From positions 365,428,001 through 365,492,000 of the forward strand of contig OZ024742.1 of the NCBI GenBank assembly GCA_964016885.1: a DNA stretch of 64,000 nucleotides, read 5' to 3'. The notes under the pieces are model-generated. The model was not told where the DNA came from. It saw only the letters and a list, made by a program, of their open reading frames with translations, and searched no databases. The position numbers were made by a program, and so were the translations under genes. Positions 46,753 to 61,001 of this stretch are shown here, in pieces (the stretch's first letter is position 1; every line of letters starts with the position of its first letter). This stretch comes from Eledone cirrhosa (lineage: Eukaryota).

Positions 46753-47006
46753 TTGTTGTTGTTACAGCTCACACCTAAGCAGGTTTAGTTGGCCTCCTCC
46801 AAGGTATATCTCGTTGGAGGTGTCTTGTGTAATTTTAATGATAGGGACCCCAGTCCTATCATCTCATTTCTACAGCTGAGTAAACTGGAGCAACGTGAAA
46901 TAAAGTGTTTTGCTCAAGGAAACAACACATCACCCGGTCCGAGAATTGAACTCACAACCTTTCGACTGCAAGCCCAATGCTCTAACCATTAAGTCATGCG
47001 CCTTCA
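46753..47006 (-). mobile_element. Full-length SINE family B copy with 15-bp target-site duplication
   Basis: Reverse-complement homolog of 27233-27480. CTATCCAGTGGTATG occurs at 46738-46752 and 47007-47021. Confidence 0.88.
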
Positions 47007-47124
47007 CTATCCAGTGGTATGAGGCTGATATTGTCCTTAGAAAAGGAATAACCAGTGCAGACCCATTTACTCTTGTCAATAATATTGGTTTATGATTTAG
47101 GTACAAAGCTAACATTTGTGTGGT

Positions 47125-47278
47125 TAGTCGATGAAATCTAACCCAGTACATTACTGGTACTTTATTTTATCGACCATGTAAGGATGAAAGGCGAAGCTAA
47201 CCTCGAGGAAAGTTGAACTCAAAATGTAAAGGGACATAACTATATGTCTCAAACAGTTTTGCCCAACTATCTACCGAC
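47125..47278 (-). mobile_element. SINE family A copy (diverged)
   Basis: CCCAGTACATTACTGGTACTTTATTTTATCGAC...AAGGATGAAAGGC...TTGAACTC. Confidence 0.75.
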
Positions 47279-47394
47279 AACTTGCTCACACCTTCCCTGA
47301 CCGATACCTTATTGATTGACACTGAAATGATGAACGACGAAGTTGACCATGGTACAATGAACGACAGAGAGCAGGGGAAGCACTGTCCCGATGA

Positions 47395-47505
47395 CTTCTG
47401 CTGGAATCCGCTAGACGGCGCTAACCGTCAGCTTTTCAATATTCATAGCTAGAAATATTTCTTGGTAAACATACCGTATATCATTAGATATAGAAAATCA
47501 CATAC
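47395..47505 (+). mobile_element. Diverged fragment of the 18321-18779 repeat family
   Basis: CTTCTGCTGGA..CCGCTAGACGGCGCTA..CATAGCTA..GTAAACATACCGTATATC aligns by eye with 18669-18775. Confidence 0.55.
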
Positions 47506-47814
47506 TTATAAAGATATAAATATTCAATTTCATCAACGATTTAGCAAATATTGTGGGTGCAGAGAAAACTGTGTTACAAACAATGGTTGTTAGAGATCCC
47601 AGCCACATTCCTCCCCTGGCAATACCAAGTTTCTTCTATTTCTTCTCATTTACCAGTAAAATTTTACCTCAACTTAATATTAACACGACCACGTTTTCCG
47701 ACCTCTGCTGTGCACGTTATATCTTCTATTAGACTTTACAATACTTTATATAATCTGTTAGACTTTAAAATACTTTCGTTTGTCAGTATCTCAGAGTAAA
47801 TAAACAACTGTTAA

Positions 47815-48070
47815 TGTTGCAGTGTGGTGTTGATGGTGGAGCGTGGTGTTGATGGGGGAGTGTGGTGTGGTGGTGAAGTGTGGTGTGGTGGTGGAGTGTG
47901 GTGTTGGTGGTGTGGTGTTGACGGAGTGTAGTGTGGTGTTGATGGTGGAGTGTGGTGTGGTGTAGTGTAGTGAGTGATAGTCTAGTGTAGTGTGGTGTAG
48001 TGTAGTGTGGTGATAGTGTAGTGTAGTGTTGATGGTGGAGTGTAGTGCGGTGTTGATGGAGTGTAGTGTT
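47815..48070. repeat. Degenerate (GTGTG/GTGTA)n pentamer repeat
   Basis: Read directly from the sequence. Confidence 0.9.
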
Positions 48071-48816
48071 AATGATCATCGTCAAAAGACATTCCGCTTA
48101 ACTTCTCAAAATGCAATCCTAACATTGTAATATTTTAAAACATAAAATAAAATATGAAACCACTGTTTTGTCTTCTTCTGGACTTTTCCAACCTGTTTCT
48201 CTAATTTGTATTGTATTGTCCTTCTCAAAACAATTCTAACACCTATCACACAATACTATAGACGTTTATATCATATTGTGTGTATGTGTATGTGTGTGTG
48301 TGTGTGAGTGAATGTATGTGTGTATGAGTATGTATATATGTGAGTGTATGTATGTGTGTATGAGTATGTATATGTGAGTGCATGTATGTGTGTATTTATG
48401 TGTATAAAAGATTATGTATCTATATATTTTACAAACGAGGAACCAGATTTGTAAGATGGAAACATCAAACAGATTTCTTTGTTTTTCCTCATCTCATTTC
48501 CTGACAACACGTCAATCTGAAATCATCCAATCACCACATTCAATATGGGTTTTCTCCTCCTGTTTTTCCTTAGTTCTTTATGCTTGCCCTTTATTTGTTT
48601 TCTTCTTTTTAACAAATCCTGTGTCGAAGAGAAACAGACGACAACTCTCGTTAACGATGAAGCAATTATTATTAGTATTATTGTTGTTGTTATTATTTGA
48701 AGAATTACAGCAGAAGCGTTTTATTACTAAAGAGAATATTATCACTTCAAATGATTCAATGAAACAATTTGTCTTCAATTCTGAAAGGGAATGAGAAATG
48801 AACAGCAATCGCCCCC

Positions 48817-48870
<54 letters not shown>

Positions 48871-49021
48871 AGAGAGAGAGAGAGAGAGAGAGAATGAGAG
48901 AGAGAGAAAGGTGTATTAAAAACACGGTTGTGCTCCATTTTGTACATTTTTATTTAGTATTTTTAGTATTTATTTATTAGTTTTTCATACTTAGTTTAGA
49001 ACAATTAACGTTTAGAAAAAT

Positions 49022-49610
49022 TAACGTTTCCAACAATTCTCGACTCCATCTTCAGATCAGGATTGTCGTACTACATTACTCGATAAAACTCGATATAGAA
49101 TGTTATACGACACTGGATGAACAACGATGGAGACCTTACTAATATCAGAATATATACCAACAATTAACACACAGTTACAACACACGTGAGACTAATTATA
49201 AAGACTGTCATACTTCAATCTTTAAGAAATTACAAATCAGACGTCCACAACAGGGCCGAATTTAATGAGGGACAAAGGACAATTGCACCGGGTCCCTGCC
49301 AATGACGGCGGTAGCAATTTATTTGTGATTTATTTGTGATTTAGGATGGTAAGATTTTGTCAATTTAATACCTGTAAGTATAACCTTTCAATGCCAGTTA
49401 ATTTGCTCCAAGCTGACTTTGATATATAAAATTGTGGGTTTATTGTGTATTATAATTGTTTGTGTGAGAGGGTTTCAACAATATCTAGATCCGATCCTGT
49501 TGCACGAACTCCTACCGCTCCTATTGATACAACCACTGTTAAACACGTATCAAATACAACACTAGTAGCACCATTCTGAAGATGGAACCTGAGTGGTTCG
49601 AAACGTTAAT
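49022..49610. mobile_element. Old Penelope-like remnant bounded by two oppositely oriented hammerhead-like motifs
   Basis: Plus 49576-49608: CTGAAGA-TG-GAACC(TGAGT)GGTTC-GAAA-CGT-TA. Minus 49022-49055: CTGAAGA-TGGAGTCG...GAAA-CGT-TA. Confidence 0.45.
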
Positions 49611-49809
49611 ACACACAGAGGACATAAGCTCTTCCCAACTAAATACAAAATATAATGAAATAAGAATAATCAATCCTTAATAAAACAAACTACAGCAGGA
49701 TAATGTTTTAAATATCGCCTATTTGTGGGAGAATCTGCTACGAACTTATACTAATATACATAGCTCATCCCTTCATCCATTAATAACTATAGCTTTGCAC
49801 ATAGAATAT

Positions 49810-50056
49810 TCCGTCTGAGGCACAAGTCTGGACAAAATGGTTTGAAGACCAGCAGTCATCGATGTTGTCCAAGACAATGGCTGATACAGCTTGACACCAG
49901 TGACGTCCAAACTCATTTCTACAGCTGACTAAACTGGAACAACGTAAATTAATGTATCTTGCTCAAGAACACAACGCATCTCCCGGTTCGAAGTTCGAAC
50001 TCACAACCTTACGATTGTGAACGCAAATCTCTGACCACTGAGGCACGCGCCTTTAC
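49810..50056 (-). mobile_element. SINE with family-B head and core but a different 3' tail
   Basis: 49911-50056 (CTCATTTCTACAGCTGA...TTGCTCAAG...GAACTCACAACC...GCGCCTTTAC) matches 46863-47007. 49810-49910 does not match the family-B tail. Confidence 0.7.
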
Positions 50057-50163
50057 CTATACACGCACACATATATAAATGTGTATGTGTGTGAGTGTGA
50101 GTGTGTGTGTGTGTGATATATATATATATACATATATTACACCAGTCCAGCCTCCTGTTATTT

Positions 50164-50204
<41 letters not shown>

Positions 50205-50244
50205 GATATTAAATAAATAGAAACTATATTTATAAAACCATATT

Positions 50245-50305
50245 TATTCTATTATATATATTTCAAGGGTACCAAAATCTTGGTACGCTCTCATCAGATA
50301 AAATA
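50245..50305 (-). ncRNA. Type I hammerhead ribozyme, canonical core
   Basis: Minus strand: TATTTTAT-CTGATGA-GAGCGTACCAA(GAT)TTTGGTACCCTT-GAAA-TATATA-TA-ATAGAATA. Confidence 0.75.
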
Positions 50306-50328
50306 CAAAGTTTGTTATATAAATATTG

Positions 50329-50423
50329 TTTCTACTTTTGGCACAAGGCCAACAATTACCCAGTGCATTACTGGTACTTTATTTTATCGACCTCGTAAGG
50401 ATGAAAGGCAAAGTTAACCTCGA
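50329..50423 (-). mobile_element. 5'-truncated SINE family A fragment flanked by a 41-bp direct repeat
   Basis: SINE core and tail sequence. 50288-50328 is identical to 50424-50464. Confidence 0.8.
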
Positions 50424-50582
50424 CTCTCATCAGATAAAATACAAAGTTTGTTATATAAATATTGACATAACCAGGAATAGGAACTTAACGGTCCAAGTTA
50501 TCCTTGGATAGTCTATCCAAGGATAACTTGGACCGTTAAGTTCTTCTTCCTGGTTATGTCAATATTTATATAACAAACTTTG

Positions 50583-50643
50583 TATTTTATCTGATGAGAG
50601 CGTACCAAAGTTTTCGTACCCTTGAAATATATATAATAGAATA
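50583..50643 (+). ncRNA. Type I hammerhead ribozyme, canonical core
   Basis: TATTTTAT-CTGATGA-stem II-GAAA-TATATA-TA-ATAGAATA. Stem I is 8 bp with one G-U pair. Confidence 0.75.
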
Positions 50644-50779
50644 AATATGGTTTTATAAATATAGTTTCTATTTATTTAATATCATTGGATATTATACTCC
50701 AGAAAACTTGTCGAGTGCTCTGAATCAGTTATAATCATTTTTATTTGTTGAATTACCAACAAATAGAATATCCCTTTTG

Positions 50780-50841
<62 letters not shown>

Positions 50842-51049
50842 CATACATACATATATATGTATATGTATCCATGCTTGGTTAAAATTCATGACAGAATTAA
50901 TTGAGCTGCGTATATATTATTTTGTTTTACGATGACCCCTTCCCGTTTGGGGACAGTGTGAAATTTCTTTTTGTGAGACTGCTGGAATTTCAAGTTTGGC
51001 GGTCATTCTAGCACTGACGGGGACCATCGCTGAATATTAGTATCAGTAT

Positions 51050-51236
51050 GGTGGTGGATTGGCAGTATCGGTAGAGGGTCGGTCGCCATGCTTTGCAGCA
51101 TCAGTTACGTCCCTTTACGATCTGAGTTCAAATCCCGCCGAGGTTGACTTTGCCTTTCATCCTTACGGGGTCGATAAAATAAAGTACCAGTAATGCACTG
51201 AGTAATTGCTGGCCTTGTGCCTAAAGTAGAAACAAT
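51050..51236 (+). mobile_element. Full-length SINE family A copy
   Basis: TGGCAGTATCGG A-box-like motif, GAGTTCAAATCC B box, GCCTTTCATCCTTACGGGGTCGATAAAATAAAGTACCAG core and tail GGCCTTGTGCCTAAAGTAGAAAC. Confidence 0.85.
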
Positions 51237-52547
51237 TAATATCAGTATGGTTTTTTATATTGATATTGCTGGGCATCCACTGATGAGTTATAAGTGCCCA
51301 CCTGCATGTATACCTATGGTCTATATGCAGGCTTCTACATAACCTGGACATTATTATCCCAATTTGTCGAAAACTTAAAACGAAACGATCGTTTGGAAGG
51401 GAAGATGTATTTAATTATGTCTCATATAAAATAATACAGCCGACAATATAGTTAGCACCCAAACATATAATTAGGATTATACTCAGGTATATCCTAATGT
51501 TTGTTGAGTGAGATGGATGTCGGTCGGAGTATTGCTTAAAGAAGATTTCTCTGTTAATGTATTAAGTATATATATATATTGATGTATACTTATCCTATAC
51601 GACTATGTATGTATGTATGTATGTGTATTAACATACATATACATGTGTTATATGCATTTTTATGAGAATATGTCTGTCTGTATATATGCATGAGTGACGC
51701 GTGTCTACCGATTGGGTGAAGATGCACACATGTTTATATATGTATATCTAAGAATTGTGTGTGTACATGTACATGTGTACCCATGTAATTTGATTGCAGA
51801 GATGCATAATTTAACAGCCATAAATTCATGAAAGTTAATCCTATTTATTTATATATATATACTAAAAATTTTATTTAATAACACAAGGAATGTATACCAG
51901 TAATAAAAAAAATCACTTATGCTTTGTATGTATATATTATATGCGGGAGTAGATATAATGTGTATTTTCTGAGTGTGTGTATATATATATATTTATGTAT
52001 CTTTGTGTATATGTACGTGCTATATGATAGGTAATTTCTCTAGCAATATATATATTTCGTAATGTTTAAATTCAAATTTTTAATATATTGATCTCAATTT
52101 TTAAACTAAATATCTAATCATAATTAAACAATGATTAATTTCTCATATTATATATGTATATTCCATTCATGAATATTAATATTTCTAATTTTATTTATTC
52201 ATTTCATCTCAATTGTTAACTCAACTTAATATGACATGACTTAAGATTTTCGTTCTCTCCCCCTCTCTCTATCTCTATATTTCTCTCTCTTGATTTTTTT
52301 TCTCTGTCTGGTGGTTTGATATCTCTCTGTTGTTTTTCTCTGTTTTCTTTTTTTCATTTTTCTTTCTTCTTTTTCTTTTTCTTTATTTATCTCTCCCTTT
52401 CTTTTCTCCACTTTTCTCTCTCTCGGTTTCTCTCTCTCTCCGTCTTTTTCCTTCTCCTTAACACAACGACTTATTAAAATAAACAAACCCACTATCCTGA
52501 TGTCTTCCAAAAGTAACGGTTGCATTTTGAAAGGGTACGTCAATGTT

Positions 52548-52763
52548 TATTTATAAAACTGGTATATATTGTATTTTGTCTGATGAAGGCATACCATAAT
52601 TTAACATGGTATCCTTGAAATATGTATAATGAAATAAATATGGTTTTATAAATATAGTTTCCATTTGTTAATATCGTATATTTACTCCAAATACTTGTCG
52701 AGTGCTTTATATCAGTTATAAAAATATTTGCTTGTTGTATCCCAACAATTTAAATAGAACTTT

Positions 52764-52767
<4 letters not shown>
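52548..52767 (+). mobile_element. Single-arm member of the 50199-50782 hammerhead family
   Basis: Collinear with 50580-50782 (AATAAATATGGTTTTATAAATATAGTTTC...ACTCCA...CTTGTCGAGTGCT...TTTTGC then (TA)n). Confidence 0.8.
52572..52636 (+). ncRNA. Type I hammerhead ribozyme, canonical core
   Basis: TATTTTGT-CTGATGA-AGG-C-ATACCAT(AATTTAAC)ATGGTAT-CCTT-GAAA-TATGTA-TA-ATGAAATA. Confidence 0.78.
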
Positions 52768-52821
<54 letters not shown>

Positions 52822-52929
52822 TATATTGTGCTCGAGTGCATACACCTATATAATGTGTTTATAGGCACCAAACCAGGCGGACTTTTACAAACGTAGTGGA
52901 ATGAAACGGGAACAATTTATTTCAATGAG

Positions 52930-55900
52930 GACAACAGCAATACTACCACCACCACTACTACAACAATACTACCACCACTACTACTACAACAATACTACCA
53001 CCACTACTACAGCAATACTACCACCACCACTACTACAACAATACTACCACCACTACTACTACAACAATACTACCACCACTACTACAGCAATACTACCACC
53101 ACCACTACTACAACAATACTACCACCACCACTACTACAACAATACTACCACCACTACTACTACAACAATACTACCACCACTACTACAGCAATACTACCAC
53201 CACCACTACTACAACAATACTACCACCACCACTACTACAACAATACTACCACCACTACTACTACAACAATACTACCACCACCACTACTACAACAATACTA
53301 CCACCACTACTACTACAACAATACTACCACCACTACTACAGCAATACTACCACCACCACTACTACAACAATACTACCACCACTACTACTACAACAATACT
53401 ACCACCACTACTACAACAATACTACCACCACTACTACAACAATACTACTACTACTACTACTACTACAGCAATACTTCCACCACCACTACTACAACAATAC
53501 TACCACCACCACTACTACAACAATACTAACACCACTACTGCAACAATACTACTACTACTACTACTACAACAATACAACCACCACTACTACAACAATACTA
53601 CCACCACTACTACAACAATACTACCACCACTACTACTACAACAATACTACCACCACTACTACTACAACAATACTACCACCACTACTACAACAATACTACC
53701 ACCACTACTACTACAACAATACTACCACCACTACTACAACAATACTACCACCACTACTACTACAACAATACTACCACCACTACTACAACAATACTACCAC
53801 CACTACTACTACAACAATACTACCACCACTACTACAACAATACTACAACAACAATACAACCACCACTACTACAACAATAGTACGACCGCTACTACAACAA
53901 TACTACCACCACTACTACTGCAACAATACTACCACCACTACTACAACAATACTACCACCACTACTACAACAATACTACGACCACTACTACAGCAATACTA
54001 CCACCACTAGTACTACAACAATACAAGTACCACTACTACAACAATACTACCACCAACACCACCACCACCGCCTCTACCACAATACTACCACCACCAGCGC
54101 CACCACTACAACATTACCACCACCACCATCATTACAACAATACTACCACCCCTACCACAACTACAACAATACCACCACCACCACTACAACAATATCATCA
54201 CCACCACCACTACCACAATACTACCACGACCACCACCACTACAACAATATCACCACCACTACCACAATACAACCACCACCACCACTACAACAATATCACC
54301 ACCACCACCACCACAATACTACCGCCACCACCACTACCACAATACTACTACCACCAACACCACCACCACCACCACCACCACCACCACTACAACAATATCA
54401 CCACCACCATTACCACATTACTACCACCACCACCACCACTACCACAATACTACCACCACCATCACTACGACAATATCACCACCACCACCACCACCACCAC
54501 TACCACAATACTACTACCACCACCACCACTACAAAAATATCACCACCACCACCTCTACGACAGTACTACCACCACCACCACTACCACAATACTACCACCA
54601 GCACCACTACCACAATACTACTACCACCACCACCACTACAACAATATCACCACCACCACCTCTACGACAGTACTACCACCACCACTACCACAATACTACC
54701 ACCACCACCACCACTACCACAATACTACCACCACCAGCACTACCGCAATACTACCAACACCATCACTACCACCACCACCACTACCACAATACTACCACCA
54801 CCACTACCACAATACCACCACCACCACCACCACTACCACAATACTAACACGACCATCACTACCACAATAATACCACCACCACCAACACTACCCCAATACT
54901 ACCACCACCACCACCACCACTAGCACAATACCACCACCACCACCACCACCACTACAACAATACCACCACCACTACACTACCACCACCACCACTACAACAA
55001 TATCACCACCGCCACCACCACTACAACAATATCACCATCACCACCACTACCACAATACTACCACCACCATCACTACCACAATACTACCACCACCACTACC
55101 ACAATACTACCACCACCACCACTACCACAATACTACCACCACCATCACTACCACAATACTACCACCACCACTACCACAATACTACCACCACCACTACCAC
55201 AATACTACCACCACCAGCACTACCACAACACTACCACCACCACCACCACTACAACTATATCACCATCTCTAACACTACCACAATACTACCACCACCACCA
55301 CTACCACAATACTACCACTACCACCACCACTACAACAATATCACTATCACCACCACTACAACCACCACCACCACAATACTACCACCAACACCACAATACT
55401 ACCACAAACTACCACCAACATCACTACCACAATACTACCACCACCAGCACTACCACAATACTACCACCACCATCACTACCACAATACTACTACCACCACC
55501 ACTACCACAATACTACCATCACCACCACTACCACAATACTACCACCACCACCACCACCACCACTACCAAAATACTACCACCATCACAACCACAATACTAC
55601 CACCATCACAACCACAATACTACAACCACCACAACTACCACAATACTACCACCATCACTACCACAATACTACCACCATCACTACCACAATACTACCACCA
55701 CCATCACTACCACAATACTACCACCACCATACCACAATACTATCACCATCACTACCACAATACTACCACCACCACCACAATACCACCACCACCATCACTA
55801 CCACAATACTACCACCACCACCACCACTAACACAATACCACCACCACTACAACTATACTACCACCACCACTACCACAGTACGACCACCATCACTACCATA

Positions 55901-58900
55901 ATACTACCACTATCACTACTACAATACTGCCACCACCACCACTACCACAATACCACCACCATCACTACCAGAATACTACCACCATCACTACCACAATACT
56001 ACCACAACCACTACCACAATACTACCTCCACCATCACTACCACAGTACTACCACCATCACTACCACAATACTACAACCACCACCACTACCACAATACCAC
56101 CACCACCACTACCACAATACTACCACCATCACTACCACAATACTACCACCATCACTACCACAATACTACAACCACCACCACTACCACAATACCACCACCA
56201 CCACTACCACAATACTACCACCATCACTACCACAATACTACCACCATCACTACCACAATACTACCACCACCACCACAATACCACCACCACCATCACTACC
56301 ACAATACTACCACCACCACCACTACCACAATACTACCACCATCACTACCATAATACTACCACCACCACCACTACCACAATACCACCACCACCACTACCAC
56401 AATACTACCACCATCACTACCACAATACTACCTCCATCACTACCACAATACTACCACCACCACTACCACAATACTACCACCACCACCACCACTACCACAA
56501 TACTACGACCACCACCACTACCACAATACCACCACTACCACTACCACAATACTACCACCATCACTACCACAATACTACCACCATCACTACCACAATACTA
56601 CCACCACCACCATCACAATACTACCACCACCACCACCACTACCACAATACCACAACCATCACTACCACAATACTACCACCATCACTACCACAATACTACA
56701 ACCACCACCACTACCACAATACCACCACCACCACTACCACAATACTACCATCATCACTACCACAATACTACCACCATCACTACCACAATACTACCACCAT
56801 CACTACCACAATACTACCACCACCACTACCACAATACTACCACCACCATCACTACCACAATACCACCACCACCACTACCACAATACTACCACCACCACAA
56901 CTACCACAATACTACCACCATCACTACCACAGAGCTACCACCATCACTACCACAATACTACCACCACCACCACAATAACACCACCACCATCACTACCACA
57001 ATACTACCACCACCACCACTACCACAATACTACGACCACCACCACTACCACAATACCACCACTACCACTACCACAATACTACCACCATCACTACCACAAT
57101 ACTAACACCATCACTACCACAATACCACCACCATCACTACCACAATACTACCACCACCACCACTACCACAATACCACCACCACCATCACTACCACAATAC
57201 TACCACCACCACCACTACCACAATACTACCACCATCACTACCACAATACTACCACCACCACCACCACTACCACAATACCACCACCATCAATACCACAATA
57301 CTACCACCATCACTACCACAATACTACCACAACCACTACCACAATACTACCTCCACCATCACTACCACAGTACTACCACCATCACTACCACAATACTACA
57401 ACCACCACCACTACCACAATACCACCACCACCACTACCACAATACTACCACCATCACTACCACAATACTACCACCATCACTACCACAATACTACAACCAC
57501 CACCACTACCACAATACCACCACCACCACTACCACAATACTACCACCATCACTACCTCAATACTACCACCATCACTACCACAATACTACCACCACCACCA
57601 CAATACCACCACCACCATCACTACCACAATACTACCACCACCACCACTACCACAATACTACCACCATCACTACCATAATACTACCACCACCACCACTACC
57701 ACAATACCACCACCACCTCTACCACAATACTACCACCATCACTACCACAATACTACCACCATCACTACCACAATACTACCACCACCACTACCACAATACT
57801 ACCACCACCACCACCACTACCACAATACTACGACCACCACCACTACCACAATACCACCACTACCACCACCACAATACTACCACCATCACTACCACAATAC
57901 TACCACCATCACTACCACAATACTACCACCACCACCATCACAATACTACCACCACCACCACCACTACCACAATACCACCACCATCACTACCACAATACTA
58001 CCACCATCACTACCACAATACTACAACCACCACCACTACCACAATACCACCACCACCACTACCACAATACTACCACCATCACTACCACAATACTACCACC
58101 ATCACTACCACAATACTACCACCATCACTACCACAATACTACCACCACCACTACCACAATACTACCACCACCATCACTACCACAATACCACCACCACCAC
58201 TACCACAATACTACCACCACCACCACTACCACAATACTACCACCATCACTACCACAAAACTACCACCATCACTACCACAATACTACCACCACCACCACAA
58301 TAACACCACCACCATCACTACCACAATACTACCACCACCACCACTACCACAATAGTACGACCACCACCACTACCACAATACCACCACTACCACTACCACA
58401 ATACTACCACCATCACTACCACAATACTAACACCATCACTACCACAATACCACCACCATCACTACCACAATACTACCACCACCACCACTACCACAATACC
58501 ACCACCACCATCACTACCACAATACTACCACCACCACCACTACCACAATACCACCACCATCAATACCACAATACTACCACCATCACTACCACAATACTAC
58601 CACCACCACTACCACAATACTACCACCACCATCACTACCACAATACTACCACCATCACTACCACAATACTACCACCACCACCACTACCACAATACTACCA
58701 CCATCACTACCACAATACTACCACCACCACCACTACCACAATACCACCCCCACCACCATCACTACCACAATACTACCACCACAACCACTACCACAATACT
58801 ACCACCATCACTACCAAAATACTACCACCATCACTACCACAATACTACCACCACCACCACTACCACGATACTACCACCACCATCACTACCACAATACTAC

Positions 58901-60072
58901 CACCACCACCACTACCACAATACCACCACCACCACCACCATCCCCACCACTACCACAGCAACAACAGCCCCCCCCCCCCCCCCCACCACAACAACAACAG
59001 CCCCACTACCACCACAACAACAGCCCCACCACCACCACCACCACCATAACAACAACAGCCCCACCACTACCACCACCATCCACAACAACAACAGCCCCAC
59101 CACCATCACCACAACAACAACAGCCACACCACCACCACCATAACAACAACAGCTCCCCCCCACAACGACAGCCCCACTACCACCACCACTACAACACCCC
59201 ACCACCACCACCACAACAACAACACCCCATCACCACCACCACCACCACAACAACAACAGCCCCACCAACACCACCACCACAACAACAACAGCCCCACCAC
59301 CACCACCACCACACAACAACACCCCACCACCGTCACCACCACCACAACAACAACAGCCCCACCACCACCACCACAACAACAACAACACCCCACCACCACC
59401 ACCACAACAACAACACCCCGCCACCGCCACCACCACAACAACAACAGCCCACCACCACCACCACAACAACAACACCCCACCACCACCACCACAACAACAA
59501 CAGCCCACCACCACCACCACAACAACAACAGCCCCACCACCATCACCACAACAACAACAACACCCACCACCACCACCACAACAATAACAGCCCACCACCA
59601 CCACCACAACCTCAACACCCCACCACCACCACCACAACAACAACACCCCACCACCACCACCACCACAACAACACCCCACCACCACCACAACAACAACAGC
59701 CCACCACCACCACCACAACAACAACAGCCCCACCACCATCACCACAACAACAACACCCCACCCCCACCACCACAACAACAACACCCCACCCCCACCACCA
59801 CCACAACAACAGCCCCCCACCACCACCACCACCACAACAACAACAGCCCCCCCCCCCCCCCCCCACCACAACAACACCCCACCACCGTCACCACCACCAC
59901 AACCCCCCCCCCCCACAAGAACAACACCCACCACCACCACCACAACAACAACAGCCCACCACCACCACCACAACAACAACAGCCCCACCACCATCACCAC
60001 AACAACAACACCACCCCACCACCACCACCACAACAATAACAGCCCACCACCACCACCACCACCACAACAACA
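52930..60072. repeat. 7-kb (ACC/ACT/ACA)-derived variable-unit minisatellite with three sub-domains
   Basis: 52930-54050: ACAACAATACT(ACC)n(ACT)n. 54050-58920: ACCACAATACT(ACC)n(ATC)ACT. 58920-60072: (ACC)n(ACA)nGCCCC. Confidence 0.95.
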
Positions 60073-60162
60073 GTTTCGCTTTCTTCCCTCTTTAATTCCC
60101 AATTCATTACACTTCGTTCCAATACATTTCTCAAGACTAAACAAAAACAAATAAATTGATAA

Positions 60163-60905
60163 ATATATATATATATGTATATATATGTGTGTGTATGAGT
60201 GTGCATGTGTGTCTGTGTGTGTATGTGTGTGTGTATGTGTGTGTGTGCTTGTGTTTGTGTGTGTGCATGTCTATGTATGTGTGTGTATGTGTATGAGTGT
60301 GTTTGTGTGTGTGTGCTTGTGTTTGTGTGTGTGCATGTCTATGTATGTGTGTGTATGTGTATGAGTGTGTTTGTGTGTGTGTATGTGTGCGTGTGAGTGT
60401 ATAAGTATGTGTATGTATGTGTGTGTATGTGTGTGTATGTGTATGTGTATGAGTATGTGTGTGTGTATGTGTGTATGTGTGTATGTGTATGTGTGTGTGT
60501 ATGTGATTGTGTATGTGTATGTGTATGTGTATGTGTGTGTGTATGTATATGTGTATATGTGTGTGTATGTGTATGTGCGTGTGTATGTATATGTGTATGT
60601 GTGTGTAGGTGTATGTGTGTGTGTATGTATATGTGTATGTGTGTGTGTATGTATATGTGTATGTGTGTGTGTAGATGTATGTGTATGTGTGTATACAATA
60701 TGAAACAAGACAAGTACGAAAATAATTGGAAACCCATAAAAACATTAAAAAACAAAAATAACAATTGCCAAGACTTATTTTTGTTTTAACACATACACAC
60801 ACACACACACCATACACATACATACACACCACACACACACACACATACAGACAAACACAAATATACACACGTACGCACACACATATATACATATATATAT
60901 TTATG

Positions 60906-61001
<96 letters not shown>

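Larger units (their letters stand above)
50199..50782 (+). mobile_element. Fold-back hammerhead element in (TA)n; left arm interrupted by a SINE A fragment
   Basis: Hairpin apex TCCTTGGATAG-T-CTATCCAAGGA is centred on 50512. Arms extend to ~50199 and ~50688. A ~95-bp tail follows, then (TA)n. Confidence 0.85.

Noticed and set aside
26950-51236. tRNA genes suggested by A/B boxes
   Set aside because: No cloverleaf structure. The boxes are followed by SINE core and tail sequence in multiple diverged copies.
52901-54010. 369-aa Thr/Tyr/His/Pro-rich ORF (mucin-like)
   Set aside because: The translation cycles through all three frames of an ACC/ACT/ACA repeat that lacks stop codons. This is a simple-repeat artefact.
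52930-60072. Telomeric repeat interpretation of the C/A-rich arrays
   Set aside because: No (CCCTAA)n or other fixed short telomere unit is present, and the arrays are internal and flanked by ordinary sequence.
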